Of a stretch of 64,000 nt of DNA, positions 28,929-39,374 are shown piece by piece. Origin of the DNA: Candidatus Parcubacteria bacterium (GTDB lineage: Bacteria > Patescibacteriota > Patescibacteriia > CAIXNZ01); contig JAPLYG010000016.1 of assembly GCA_026395685.1 (NCBI GenBank), positions 1,035-65,034 on the forward strand, written 5' to 3'. The notes beneath the pieces are model-generated. The model ran no database searches. It was not told the origin of the DNA and saw only the letters and a list, made by a program, of their open reading frames with translations. The translations under genes and the position numbers were made by a program. Position 1 is the first letter of the stretch, and every line of letters starts with the position of its first letter.

Positions 28929-29831
28929 TTACTCCCGTTTTAAACATATTACTAAACTATATATTGTATTTGGTAAATATTTTTTTTGAGTCGGCAAGAC
29001 TACTTTTTTAAAAATCTCGCCCAGTTGATCACCATCTTCAAAATTATAGTCTCCTTCTTCAGGCGGAGGAATCGGACCAGCTTCCTGCAAAATTACTAAA
29101 TGGTCAGCGGGCATATCTTTTAAAGGCGGGGTAACTCCGCAATCAGCATAGTCTTTCAATAATGCCCGGCTTATTTTTTCAATCATAGCCTGCTCTCTAG
29201 AAGTGCCCCGATCATTCAAATTTTCATTTTTATAACCGCAATAAAATCCATTGTAACCGTTTTCACGACCGACGTTCAGCTGTTTTTTAACAGCGCCTGG
29301 TGTTGTTGAACAGCTGACAACCGCATCATAATTTCCCCGTAGAAACATTTGCCGATATAAATCTTCACAAACGCCCTGATTGCGGTTTTTAAATTTTGTA
29401 AATACTAAATTAACTAAAAAACCCTTTTTATTTCCCGGCACATCAATATTTTTTCCAGTTAAAAAGCCGGCTAGTTTGCCATTTTTTACCGTCAGATAAA
29501 TTGAGTCAGAATCGCCGAAGTCGCCTTCTTTTATATTCTCTATTGCCTCATCCCTATTTGTTTTATCTTTCATGTCAAACCTAACATTTTTATTGCGCGG
29601 GCCAAAAGCCTGAAGCACTGATTCACCAAAAATATTACACAATTTTTCTAATTGAGCAGGAGATTCCCAAGCATCTCGATCCACTATGTCTAATTTCAAT
29701 AATTCAATATTTTTATTTTCCGGATCAGGTTTTTGAATAATCTCAATTTTTACACCTGCTAAACTATTTTCCAGTTTGCTGCCAAATGATTCCCCAAATA
29801 TCTTCCCCATCGACTTTTCATTAATATTCAT
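28929..29831 (-). CDS. Hypothetical protein, possible GNAT fold
   Basis: GKLAGFL and RNQGV (motif A-like). Confidence 0.5.
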   Translation of the reverse strand: MNINEKSMGKIFGESFGSKLENSLAGVKIEIIQKPDPENKNIELLKLDIVDRDAWESPAQLEKLCNIFGESVLQAFGPRNKNVRFDMKDKTNRDEAIENIKEGDFGDSDSIYLTVKNGKLAGFLTGKNIDVPGNKKGFLVNLVFTKFKNRNQGVCEDLYRQMFLRGNYDAVVSCSTTPGAVKKQLNVGRENGYNGFYCGYKNENLNDRGTSREQAMIEKISRALLKDYADCGVTPPLKDMPADHLVILQEAGPIPPPEEGDYNFEDGDQLGEIFKKVVLPTQKKYLPNTIYSLVICLKRE

Positions 29832-29965
29832 TTAAAAAAATTATTATTAAAAAATTTTAATCTTATTTTATATTTTAAGTATATGACTAGTGATTTTGAT
29901 TGTCAATGATTTTTTGAATCTTTTTGTAAAATTAAAATTTATTTTTAAAAATGCTATTGCTAATA

Positions 29966-29992
29966 AAAAAGAGTCTCAACCGATGAGACTCT
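29966..29992 (-). terminator. Intrinsic terminator
   Basis: AGAGTCTCA..TGAGACTCT plus T-run on minus strand. Confidence 0.75.
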
Positions 29993-30001
29993 TAGTTGCC
30001 C

Positions 30002-31024
30002 TCACTGCAACTGATAACGAGCTGCTGCTGATAAAATAATTGCTTTCAGCATTTGAGAATATTTCCGACTGGTTAAATTCCAGATCTTTGCCAAATGTCC
30101 GTCCCAGCACCAGCCGGGATTAGGATTGACTTCCAAAATGCGCGGGAAACCCTTGGCATCAAGACGCCAATCAATACGTGCATAATCTTGGCAACACAAA
30201 GCCGTAAACATCAGTTTGGAATAAGAAGCAATTATATTTCTAGTTGACGCGGGAATATTTGCCAAACGACTTTTCACCTGCCAATATGGCGAATCAGGCA
30301 ACCATTTGGCTTCCCAACCCTGAATCGGCGGCAAGTTAGACGGCAAACAGGAATAATCTTCTTCGATAATCGGTAATACTTCAGAACCGATTATCCCGCA
30401 GGTCAGATCTTGTCCTGTCAAAAATTCCTGAAAAATAACCTCATCATTATAATGAGCTTCTTCTCTGAGGAATTTCAGGCTCCGTAAAAGCTCTGCGCTA
30501 TTATAAACCACATTTTGCGCAAAAATTCCCATTCCGCCATCACCACACCTGGGTTTGATAATGATCGGATAATGACAAATTTCTTCCCAAGACTGGTAAG
30601 TTTTCGGAAAAGGCACTCCCAGCAATTGTGCTAATCTAAAAACACCGGCCTTGTCATAACATTGCTCCATACACTCAGCTCCGGCACCGGTATATGGCAA
30701 GTTCAATTCTTCCAATATTAAAGGGATTGCCTTTTCCTGTCGCGGATTATTAAACAAACCCTCGTCGCACAAATTTACCACTAGCCACACATCGCTTTTT
30801 ATCGCCTTCAAATCTCCAATTAAGCTTCTGTGATTATCCAATAAAACAAAATCAAATTCTTGCAGCTGCCGCGAAGCATCTTCAAGAACATTGATTGTCT
30901 TTAAATCTTCGTCATTAAATTGACCACCTCGCTTAATCTGATCAGGGAAACGATGATCGCCCAGAATAACGGCAATTAATTTCGGCTCGACTGCAGATAA
31001 TTCAGACTCAAAACTTCCTGTCAT
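30002..31024 (-). CDS. Non-canonical D-Ala-D-Ala-ligase-like ATP-grasp protein
   Basis: NLCDEG, PYTGA, IIKP..GDGG.GI, YARIDWR, LEVNPNPGWCWDG; ATG 31024 with AGGGG SD. Confidence 0.85.
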   Translation of the reverse strand: MTGSFESELSAVEPKLIAVILGDHRFPDQIKRGGQFNDEDLKTINVLEDASRQLQEFDFVLLDNHRSLIGDLKAIKSDVWLVVNLCDEGLFNNPRQEKAIPLILEELNLPYTGAGAECMEQCYDKAGVFRLAQLLGVPFPKTYQSWEEICHYPIIIKPRCGDGGMGIFAQNVVYNSAELLRSLKFLREEAHYNDEVIFQEFLTGQDLTCGIIGSEVLPIIEEDYSCLPSNLPPIQGWEAKWLPDSPYWQVKSRLANIPASTRNIIASYSKLMFTALCCQDYARIDWRLDAKGFPRILEVNPNPGWCWDGHLAKIWNLTSRKYSQMLKAIILSAAARYQLQ

Positions 31025-31137
31025 TTGCTTTCCCCTGAATATCTTTGACATGATGATGTAAAGAACTGATTAGGCAGTATATATTTTTGTAACAAAAAAG
31101 TCAAGACAAAAATCCTGACTATTTAAATTTATATCAG

Positions 31138-31659
31138 TTAAACTAGAAAATTCTTTTCCTTTAACTTCTTCAGCGCGGTTAATGTAAGTCTCTTTTTCTG
31201 CGTCTGATAAATTTTTCCCGCAAATTTTTTTGCCTCGTCATAATCAGCCCAGAGATAATCATCAAATTCTGTTTGGGCAATATCCAGATCTTTAATTTTG
31301 CTTTGCACGGCAACTAAATAATATCTCTTGCCTTTCATTTGAATATTCTCGCCGGCTATTGTTTTTATTTCTCTCGTCCCCTGAGCTGCTGCCGGAAAAG
31401 TTATGACCTCAGTATCGAGAAATTCTATTTGTTCAGTTTTAATATTTAAATCCAGCCCTAATTCTTCTTTTATTTCACGATTCAATGTATCTGCTAATGA
31501 CTCACCTATTTCAATTCCGCCCTGAGGCAATTGCCACAATTCATGTTCCTTTTTATACACCAGCAGGATCTTCTGATCATTAATAATACAAGCAACAGCC
31601 ACGGGACGATAACCCCGCTCTTTCACTTCTTCGATTTCCTGATCAAACTTAGTTGCCAT
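31138..31659 (-). CDS. NUDIX hydrolase
   Basis: WQLPQGGIE.GE....REIKEELG Nudix box. Confidence 0.9.
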   Translation of the reverse strand: MATKFDQEIEEVKERGYRPVAVACIINDQKILLVYKKEHELWQLPQGGIEIGESLADTLNREIKEELGLDLNIKTEQIEFLDTEVITFPAAAQGTREIKTIAGENIQMKGKRYYLVAVQSKIKDLDIAQTEFDDYLWADYDEAKKFAGKIYQTQKKRLTLTALKKLKEKNFLV

Positions 31660-32755
31660 GGATGTTTAAATGCTGAAAAATTAAATCAACATATTTTCGG
31701 GCAGCATCTCCTGCCATAAGCTGGAAAATATTTCTGCCTAAGGCTAAACGATCCCCTGAATTTCGCATAAAATATTCAATCACTTCTACCAGACTATCTT
31801 TATTTAACTGTGATTGTGCGAGAATTTTGACCGCATTATTTTTGGCAAAATACTTGGCATTAATCTCCTGATGGCCGGGAATGGGTATGACAACAGCAGG
31901 CTTGCCCAAAACTGCAAATTCTGTCAGCGCAGAAAAGCCTGCCCTGCTAATTATCAAATCAGCCGCAGCCAAAGCATCAAAGATTTCCCTATTTAAAAAA
32001 CCATACTCTCGATAACGCATAGTGACTAACTTCATTTGCTCACGGCTATAATAATTCAAAAGGTGTCCGCTGATTGTTTTGCCTTTACCGGCAAGATGAA
32101 TAACCTGATACTTTGACGCCAAATACCCGATAGACTCCAATACTGCCTGATTAAGGGTCTGAGCGCCTGTTCCTCCCCCGATGATTAATATTATTGGCAA
32201 ATCAGAATTTAATTGAAAAAGATGGATAGCCTTTTCCCGGCTGCCGGAAAAAATTTCAGTTCTGACCGGATTGCCAATGCAAACTGTTTTCTTTTTATCA
32301 AAACTTTCAATCTGTTCCGGAAAAGTAACGGTAATTACATCAGCCTTTTTAGCCATCAGTTTATTTGCCAGACCTATTTCCAAATCCTGCTGATGAACGA
32401 AAATTTTAATTTTTAAAAATCTGGCAGCATATACAACAGGCACCGCCACAAAGCTGCCGGCGGTTAAAATCACCTCGGGTTTAAATTTACGCAAAATAAA
32501 GAATGACTTAACAAATCCGCAGATAAAAATAAAGGGAGCAATAATATTCCATCCGGAAAAATAACGGCGTAATTTGGCAGCGCTAATGGTTTTAAAAGGA
32601 ATAGAGTATTTGGCTATTAATTCTTTTTCGGGACCGTTTTTGGTTCCCAACCATAAAACTTCCAGGCTTGGCTCCCTGGTTTTTAATTCTTCATAAATTG
32701 CCACAAGCGGAGAAACACTACCCATCGTGCCCCCTCCGGAAAATAGTATCTTCAT
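31649..32755 (-). CDS. murG: MurG glycosyltransferase
   Basis: SGGGT.G, GNPVR, GGG.GA, ISRAG, HQ..NA. Confidence 0.93.
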   Translation of the reverse strand: MKILFSGGGTMGSVSPLVAIYEELKTREPSLEVLWLGTKNGPEKELIAKYSIPFKTISAAKLRRYFSGWNIIAPFIFICGFVKSFFILRKFKPEVILTAGSFVAVPVVYAARFLKIKIFVHQQDLEIGLANKLMAKKADVITVTFPEQIESFDKKKTVCIGNPVRTEIFSGSREKAIHLFQLNSDLPIILIIGGGTGAQTLNQAVLESIGYLASKYQVIHLAGKGKTISGHLLNYYSREQMKLVTMRYREYGFLNREIFDALAAADLIISRAGFSALTEFAVLGKPAVVIPIPGHQEINAKYFAKNNAVKILAQSQLNKDSLVEVIEYFMRNSGDRLALGRNIFQLMAGDAARKYVDLIFQHLNIHGN

Positions 32756-32879
32756 AGTTTTTTTAATTTACAATAACCAATAACACAATCATCAAACAAT
32801 AATTAATAACCAATTCCTAAAAACTATTTGCTATTAGAATTTAAAATTTGTTTGATTATCGGTGATTGATTATTGATTA

Positions 32880-33995
32880 TTATTCACGTGTCTGACGGGA
32901 GACATTAACTACAATCCCACACGCAGCCATTAAAACAGCCAACGACGTACCGCCATAACTGATGAATGGCAAAGGCACTCCGGTCAAAGGTAAAAGACCG
33001 ACCATAGCACCAATATTAACAAAAGTTTGAATAAGAATCCAGCTGACAATGCCGATAACCAGCAATTTTCCAAAATTATCCTGCGCTAGCTGGGCGATTT
33101 TCAAACCTCTCAATAATAAGAATATATAACCGCCGATTAATAATGTAACGACTAAAAAACCTAATTCTTCGGCAATAATGGCAAAAATTGAATCTCCGGA
33201 AACTTCCGGTAAATACTGAAATTTTTGACGCGACATTCCAAAGCCCCTGCCCCAAATTCCGCCGGAGCCGATTGCCAAAAAAGCCTGGTTGATATGATAG
33301 CCAATACCTTGAGGGTCTAATTCAGGATGTAAAAATATTGAAAGACGCGCTGCGCGATAAGGAGCAATTCTTATTAATACCCAAAGTCCGACTATAGAAC
33401 CAAGACCGACTCCAACCATATGCATTAAATTAGCTCCTCCGATAAAATATATTGTTAAAGAAATCAAGGCAATAATAGTCATTGTTCCCAAATCTGGCTG
33501 CAAAACAAGCAAAAAAGTAATAATACCCAAAACACTTAAAAAAGGAACCAATCCTTCCGAAAAATCACCTGCTCTTTTATGTCCTCTGTTTTCCAGCCAT
33601 GAAGCAAGATAAATAACAAAAGTAAGCTTTACTAATTCTGAAGGCTGGAACGAAGCACCCAGAATATTTATCCAACTTTTCGCGGTGCCGTAACCAGAGC
33701 CGATACCGGGAATGAAAACCATAACTAATAAACCGATCGAAACAAGCAGCATCCAGAAGGAAATTTTTTTAAAAATACGGTAATCTATAAAAGAAAAAAT
33801 TATAAAAGCAATAAGACCGGGCAAAGCTCCCCAGAGAATCTGATGTTTTAATAAATAGTAGCTATCACCAAATTTTTCATAAGACAAAGAAACGCTGGCC
33901 GAAGATAGCATTATTAAACCAAAAATAATAATACAAGCCAGCGTAATAATAAAGCCGTAATCAGGCTGATGCCAGTTTTTTGCAGAAAAACGCAT
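32880..33995 (-). CDS. ftsW: FtsW SEDS protein
   Basis: FQPSELVK, QPDLGT, YLPE...D.IF..IAEELG, GVPLPFISYGGTS. Confidence 0.93.
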   Translation of the reverse strand: MRFSAKNWHQPDYGFIITLACIIIFGLIMLSSASVSLSYEKFGDSYYLLKHQILWGALPGLIAFIIFSFIDYRIFKKISFWMLLVSIGLLVMVFIPGIGSGYGTAKSWINILGASFQPSELVKLTFVIYLASWLENRGHKRAGDFSEGLVPFLSVLGIITFLLVLQPDLGTMTIIALISLTIYFIGGANLMHMVGVGLGSIVGLWVLIRIAPYRAARLSIFLHPELDPQGIGYHINQAFLAIGSGGIWGRGFGMSRQKFQYLPEVSGDSIFAIIAEELGFLVVTLLIGGYIFLLLRGLKIAQLAQDNFGKLLVIGIVSWILIQTFVNIGAMVGLLPLTGVPLPFISYGGTSLAVLMAACGIVVNVSRQTRE

Positions 33996-33998
33996 AAT

Positions 33999-35396
33999 TT
34001 ATTTTATTTTTTTTACAGCTGAGTTAAACTGGTCTCCCCTGTCAAATTCATTAATAAAAAGCCCAAAGCTGGCAGCCCCGGGAGAAAGCAAAAAGGTATC
34101 GCCTTTTTTTAAAATATACTTAGCTTGTTTAAAAGCTTCACTCATAGAATCTACAAAAACTAAATTTTCATTAAAATTTATCTTATTTAGCTCTTTCACT
34201 AATTTTTCAGTTGCTGTACCTTCAAATAAAATCAAAGCCTTTACTTTACTTTTCAGCACCCGAGCCATATCTTTAAATTCTAATTTTTTATCCGTTCCAC
34301 CTGCCAGCAACACAACCTTTTGCTCTAAAGAATTCAAGGCGGCAATAACCGCGTCCGGGGTGGTTGCCGTCGTGTCATTAATATATTTAATGCCCTTATA
34401 AGCACGAACCAATTGCATCCGGCCTTCGATACCGTTAAATCCGGCAACAACTTTTTTTATAATCAAAAATGGCACTCCAAAAACTCGGGTTAAAACAACA
34501 GCCCCCATGATATTTAATAAATTATGTTCGCCTTTTAACTTCAGCTCGCCTACATTAATAACTTTTTCTCTTTTGCCGTTGCGCTGATAATAAATCCAGC
34601 CATCTGATATATATGCCCCGTTTTCTTGAATTTTTAATTTATTTAAGCTAAACCAAAAAACCTGAGACTTGGCTTTTGAGCCCATCTGCCTGGTATAGTT
34701 ATTATCTTTATTCAAAACAATGAAATTATCACGAGTTTGGTATTTCCAAATCAATGATTTGGCCGCTGTATAATCAGCCATGCCCCTATAAGTGTTTAAA
34801 TGATCGCGCATTACATTAGTCACCAACGCATACTTTGGACTAGTTTTTGTTTCCCCCAGACCTTCTAATTGCCAGGAAGACAATTCCAAAATTACAGGAA
34901 TGTCTTTCTTAATCTTAGATAGATAGTCTAAGGGAGAAACTCTGATATTGCCTCCCATGATTGCACCTTTTTTATAGGCTTTTATAATCTTGTATACCAA
35001 TGAAGTAGTTGTACTTTTGCCTTTGGTGCCGGTAATGCCTAAAATCCGATCAGACTGACAAAGTTTAAAGAAGAGGCTTAAATCAGTTTCAATTAAAACT
35101 TTATGGGCAATGGCAGCCTGTAAATATTTGGAATCACGCCTCACTCCGGGATTTTTAATTATCATGTCGGCTTTAATAAAGTCAGCTATACGATGTTCTC
35201 CCAGTACGTATTTAATATTCTTTTTATATTTTTTTAACTGATTAAGTGAATTTGCCAGCAATTTTGCGGATCTTAAATCTGTCACGGTTAATAACGCGCC
35301 TTTTTGGGCTAAAAACTTCGTGACAGCTAATCCGCCGCCATGGACGCCAAGCCCCATTATGGTTATTTTCTTACCTTTAAAATCCAGGTTTTGCAT
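33999..35396 (-). CDS. murD: MurD ligase
   Basis: GLG..GG, GITGTKGKSTTT, ELSSWQL, NDT.AT, LLSPGAASF. Confidence 0.93.
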   Translation of the reverse strand: MQNLDFKGKKITIMGLGVHGGGLAVTKFLAQKGALLTVTDLRSAKLLANSLNQLKKYKKNIKYVLGEHRIADFIKADMIIKNPGVRRDSKYLQAAIAHKVLIETDLSLFFKLCQSDRILGITGTKGKSTTTSLVYKIIKAYKKGAIMGGNIRVSPLDYLSKIKKDIPVILELSSWQLEGLGETKTSPKYALVTNVMRDHLNTYRGMADYTAAKSLIWKYQTRDNFIVLNKDNNYTRQMGSKAKSQVFWFSLNKLKIQENGAYISDGWIYYQRNGKREKVINVGELKLKGEHNLLNIMGAVVLTRVFGVPFLIIKKVVAGFNGIEGRMQLVRAYKGIKYINDTTATTPDAVIAALNSLEQKVVLLAGGTDKKLEFKDMARVLKSKVKALILFEGTATEKLVKELNKINFNENLVFVDSMSEAFKQAKYILKKGDTFLLSPGAASFGLFINEFDRGDQFNSAVKKIK

Positions 35397-35493
35397 AGTA
35401 TAAATATTATTGCTATATCTAATATCTTAGCAAAATTTAAGCAAAAAGAAAATCCTTCGCAAAAAGCGACGAAGGATTTTCCAAACTATCATT

Positions 35494-35712
35494 TTATTTA
35501 AGGATCGCAGAAATTACCAATGCAACACTATACATAAAAGCTGCCAATACAATGGCGATAGCAATAGGCCTTTTGGCGACCCCGCGCAAATACTTGACCT
35601 CGACAATCATCTTGTCAAAAATCCAGATAGAAAATCCATACGCCACTGCCATTGTTAATGCAATCACAATTGACCAGGCTAAAATGAAAAAATAGCTTTC
35701 GAAATTTTGCAT
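35494..35712 (-). CDS. Small 2-TM membrane protein
   Basis: 72-aa hydrophobic ORF in operon orientation, followed by a terminator. Confidence 0.6.
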   Translation of the reverse strand: MQNFESYFFILAWSIVIALTMAVAYGFSIWIFDKMIVEVKYLRGVAKRPIAIAIVLAAFMYSVALVISAILK

Positions 35713-35727
35713 ATTCTATTACCCCGC

Positions 35728-35755
35728 GCCCTCTGTAGCTTTAGCGTAAGAGGGC
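35728..35755. repeat. Palindromic element (30-bp family), intergenic copy
   Basis: GCCCTCT-GTA-GC-TTTA-GC-GTA-AGAGGGC. Confidence 0.75.
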
Positions 35756-35774
35756 TTAATATTTAATTTTTATA

Positions 35775-36650
35775 TTAAAATTTAACCGGCACTGAAACTA
35801 AATCCTTTTCTGTTTGACCGTCCATTAAAAATACCTCAACAAAACCTTCTTTCGTTGTGGAAAATTCATAACTAACCTTTAAACTAAAATCTCCATACCC
35901 GTCTGAACCGACATTTTTTACAGATCCTGAAATATTTATCAGAGGTTGCCCACTCGCACTTTTTACCCGGACATAGACTTTATTGTCAGTAGCTTTAGCT
36001 CTGCCTTCTATCTGAATCGGAGAACTCAATTGCTGATCAGCAACCGGCATCGTCACAGTCAGATCCTTGGTTGATGTAATATTAGTTGAAGTAATGTTCT
36101 CTTTAGCTGGATCCTGTGCGCAATCTTCATATCTTATTAAAACATTATCACAGGTGTTATACCACCCTTCACTTCTGGTTCCAATTAAGCGGCATTCTTT
36201 AAAACATTTACCCTTGAGGCATTCACCGCGAAAATATGCCCATTCATCACAAATACTTTGGTCACTAAAAACACACAGGCCAGCCTCTCCGCCTGTTGTC
36301 TGATAATTTTCAGATTTGCCGCCGTCAGCCTGACATTTTACAGATGCCGGATTTGCGATCTGAGTGTTAACATTCGTATTAACATTTGAATTGGCATCCT
36401 TATTCTCATTAATATTTACCTTCTCTGTTTCAGTTTCTTTTACATTATCCTCCTTGATCATTACCTTCAAGGTACACCAACCGGGCAAATAATCATCGCC
36501 CTGAAAAGCGTTAATTACGCTGCATAAAGGTGAAAATGCTTTGGCCCAAACACCGCCGGGTGAAAAAGGTACGCAAAAATAAACAACAAAAAAAAGAATC
36601 AACAGAATATTTAATAAAATAGACAATTTACTTGCTGTTTTTGATTTCAT
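35775..36650 (-). CDS. Membrane-anchored protein with DUF333 and Ig-like (Gmad2-like) domains
   Basis: IANPAS..C...GG...C.F.D...CDEWAYFRGEC; P....LSSPIQIEG.A. Confidence 0.75.
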   Translation of the reverse strand: MKSKTASKLSILLNILLILFFVVYFCVPFSPGGVWAKAFSPLCSVINAFQGDDYLPGWCTLKVMIKEDNVKETETEKVNINENKDANSNVNTNVNTQIANPASVKCQADGGKSENYQTTGGEAGLCVFSDQSICDEWAYFRGECLKGKCFKECRLIGTRSEGWYNTCDNVLIRYEDCAQDPAKENITSTNITSTKDLTVTMPVADQQLSSPIQIEGRAKATDNKVYVRVKSASGQPLINISGSVKNVGSDGYGDFSLKVSYEFSTTKEGFVEVFLMDGQTEKDLVSVPVKF

Positions 36651-36788
36651 ATTTTTTCAAATTTAATAATTAAGGCTGAATATATTATAGCACAAATCCT
36701 TTAAAAATGTTAATTAGTTTATTAGTTAATTGGTATATTCGTAGCTAATTCGTAACAATAATAAAAGCCCGTCGGTTTCCCGCGGGCA

Positions 36789-37358
36789 TTATTTTTCTAA
36801 TCTAAGACAACATTTTCCATATTCGCTTTCAATCTGTTGCAGTATTTGAGCAACCACATCCTCTGGTTTCAAGGAAGAAGTATCAAACAATGTTTCTCCA
36901 GGCAATCTAAAAGTCTTATACCAATCAATCGTCAGTTCTTTAGGGCTAAACCTATACCGGACATCCAAAAGGGGCCGGGCCTGATCTCTCTGCAAAATAG
37001 TGGTTAACGGAGGATAAAGCAAAAAAGAAAATAGTTTGTAATAATGTATCTTGGCTAATCTTTGATAACCCTGATACTGGTATTTCTGATGGGAATGAAT
37101 GTCGGCTATTATACTACGCCGGACTTGCATTAACTCTTCAGCTAAAAACATCGCTGTTTTATAAGCCAAACGGGTGCGCCAGGTACTGCGCTTAGTCCAA
37201 TCAATGCCTCTTTTAAAAGCATCAAAATCAATGTGGCTAATGTCAGCAATTTTTTCCTTTAGCAAGGAGACTACAGTAGATTTGCCTGCACAGATAGGGC
37301 CTCTGATTAATATAATCATGGGCATAATTTCTCTCGTCCCTACTTTTTCCTTTCGCAT
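36789..37358 (-). CDS. P-loop kinase (AAA_33-like)
   Basis: IRGPICAGKST; start at ATG 37358 after SD AGGAGGT (the ORF-track start 37439 runs through the promoter). Confidence 0.75.
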   Translation of the reverse strand: MRKEKVGTREIMPMIILIRGPICAGKSTVVSLLKEKIADISHIDFDAFKRGIDWTKRSTWRTRLAYKTAMFLAEELMQVRRSIIADIHSHQKYQYQGYQRLAKIHYYKLFSFLLYPPLTTILQRDQARPLLDVRYRFSPKELTIDWYKTFRLPGETLFDTSSLKPEDVVAQILQQIESEYGKCCLRLEK

Positions 37359-37452
37359 GGCACCTCCTTTCAAAGATCGATCCTGGGTTTTTAGCATCTT
37401 GGCATAACCCCTTTTATAATGCAACTTATCAATCCACAAATCTTAATTCAAA

Positions 37453-38133
37453 TTACTTTTCCGACAGCACCTTTTCTGCAACTCTCAACCCTTCAATACT
37501 ATTTATCTGCAGCCACTTGGTGGCTTTGATTATCTTAACCGGGTAATCCCTGGAAACTACAACCAGTGTCTGGGGCAAGCCAAACTCCTCCTTATCTTTT
37601 AGCTTGACCAATGGATATTTGAAAAATTTATCAGTCAGAACATATAAGCCAGTATTAACCAGGCTCTGTTTGCGGTTATGCACACCTTCCACTATATCAG
37701 CCAAATTGCCGGCTTCATCCGTGACAATCCTGCCACCCAGGTATTTACCGTTTATTTCTGAAACCAGCATGCATTGTTCATGAACCAAAGATTTATTCAT
37801 ATCTGAAAAGGAATAAATATCATCACCCATCATAACCATGAACCTATTGTTCAGGATATCCCTGCATTCATGCAAAGCATTGCCGGTACCCAACAATTTC
37901 TTTTGTTTTACATAGGTAATCTTACAACACTTATAATTATTGCCGAAATGATTAATTATCTGTTGCCCCATATATCCGATAACCAACACTATTTCATCTA
38001 TCTCTTTCGGCAAGTTATCCAAATTATGTTCCAGCAAGTTTTTCCCGGCCACGCGAATCATGGGTTTGGGGACATGCCAAGTTAATGGTCTTAATCTAGT
38101 GCCGGCTCCTGCGGCTAAAATAACGCATTGCAT
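37453..38133 (-). CDS. Nucleotidyltransferase (GlmU-N/NTP_transferase family)
   Basis: ILAAGAGTRLRPLT..PKPM, LLGTG. Confidence 0.88.
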   Translation of the reverse strand: MQCVILAAGAGTRLRPLTWHVPKPMIRVAGKNLLEHNLDNLPKEIDEIVLVIGYMGQQIINHFGNNYKCCKITYVKQKKLLGTGNALHECRDILNNRFMVMMGDDIYSFSDMNKSLVHEQCMLVSEINGKYLGGRIVTDEAGNLADIVEGVHNRKQSLVNTGLYVLTDKFFKYPLVKLKDKEEFGLPQTLVVVSRDYPVKIIKATKWLQINSIEGLRVAEKVLSEK

Positions 38134-38136
38134 AAA

Positions 38137-38877
38137 TTATTTAAGTAAATCCCAAAGTCTTAAAAAAATTATTTTTTGAGTTTCGCAAATCATCTTATTC
38201 TCAATAATAACTCCAACAGGGTTGCCTTTGGCGTCGCGGGAGATAAACGCACACTTATTATTATAAATTAAAATGAATGTAGCTGATTGATTTTTGGTGC
38301 CCAACCATCTTCTTTCATCAAGTCCGTGAGTGGCCCCGCCTTCGGCTAAAGAGATAGCTTTTACCTGGATCCCCTTTTTAATGCGCTGTTTGGTAAAATC
38401 AGGAAAGGCCTGATTCAAATCATCACTGGCTTCAGTTGCAGAATAGACAAAATACTCCCTAGATTCCTGTTCTGACATGGTAATTAGTAAATCATCTAGT
38501 ATTTCTCTTATGCCTTTTGTCCCCTCATAAAACTTTGTAGTAGGCAAATTTTCGCCCTTATCCTGCAAAGCTTTTAACTCAGGAATCAAATCACTAAAAT
38601 TATCTTTTATCTTTAGCAATTCCTGTTCTTTATTTTCTACCAGCTTAACCAAACTAGACGGATTTTCAGCCACAAACTTTTGTTTGGTATCCTGATGAAA
38701 ATAAGAGACCAGTCCTTTTTCCTGCAAGCTTTTTAAAATGTCATAAGCTGAACCGCGGTTTAAATCAGCGAGTTCTGCCAATGAACGGACGGAAATTGCC
38801 CCGTATTCCAAAAGAGTCAGATAAACTTTAATTTCTTTGTCATTTAAACCCAACTTTTTAAAAATTGATAAGTCCAT
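38137..38877 (-). CDS. TrmB-family transcriptional regulator
   Basis: LGL..KE.KVY..LL, wHTH, FYEG..GI, IIEN..I.ETQK.IF..LW. Confidence 0.88.
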   Translation of the reverse strand: MDLSIFKKLGLNDKEIKVYLTLLEYGAISVRSLAELADLNRGSAYDILKSLQEKGLVSYFHQDTKQKFVAENPSSLVKLVENKEQELLKIKDNFSDLIPELKALQDKGENLPTTKFYEGTKGIREILDDLLITMSEQESREYFVYSATEASDDLNQAFPDFTKQRIKKGIQVKAISLAEGGATHGLDERRWLGTKNQSATFILIYNNKCAFISRDAKGNPVGVIIENKMICETQKIIFLRLWDLLK

Positions 38878-38910
38878 AAAAATGTAATTAGCAATAAAAT
38901 GAAAGTTAAA

Positions 38911-39029
38911 AAGGCCTGGAGGGATACTGGGTGGTTAAGAAGTTAGTAAGATCATTTAGTTATATACGCGTGTATATAAGACTAAACAAACTCACTACTT
39001 CTCACCAACCCAGTCCCTCCAGAGGCCTT
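38911..39029 (-). ncRNA. ~120-nt long imperfect hairpin; candidate attenuator, sRNA or MITE
   Basis: Arms AAGGCC-TGGAGGGA-ACTGGGT-AGAAGT-TTTAGT-TATATAC mirrored; T-run after it on minus strand; promoter TTGACA-N17-TATACT 39102..39074. Confidence 0.55.
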
Positions 39030-39374
39030 AATTTAATGTACCACGCCCTCCATTTATCAATATTCCTACTTTAAGTATATGACCCCAACAAATTATTGTC
39101 AAATATTTCTCTACAACATATAGCTATTACTCATTATTTTATTTAATTTTAGCATTATTTTATATATTATTTTGTCAACTATTTATTCGAATGTAAAAAG
39201 TTATCCACAACCAAAAAAGAGGGCAAATACCCTCTTTAAACTTCAACCTTCATACTTCAGACTTTGGCCTTAAAAATATTACTCCTAAATTATATCAGCC
39301 AAAGGCTGATCCGCCTCTGGCGGAAACTTCCAATTGTAATTTTACATTTTACATTTTGCACTTTAAACTTTTAA

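Noticed and set aside
38911-39029. Integron attC site
   Set aside because: It lacks RYYYAAC...GTTRRRY ends in the correct order; no integrase or cassette array.
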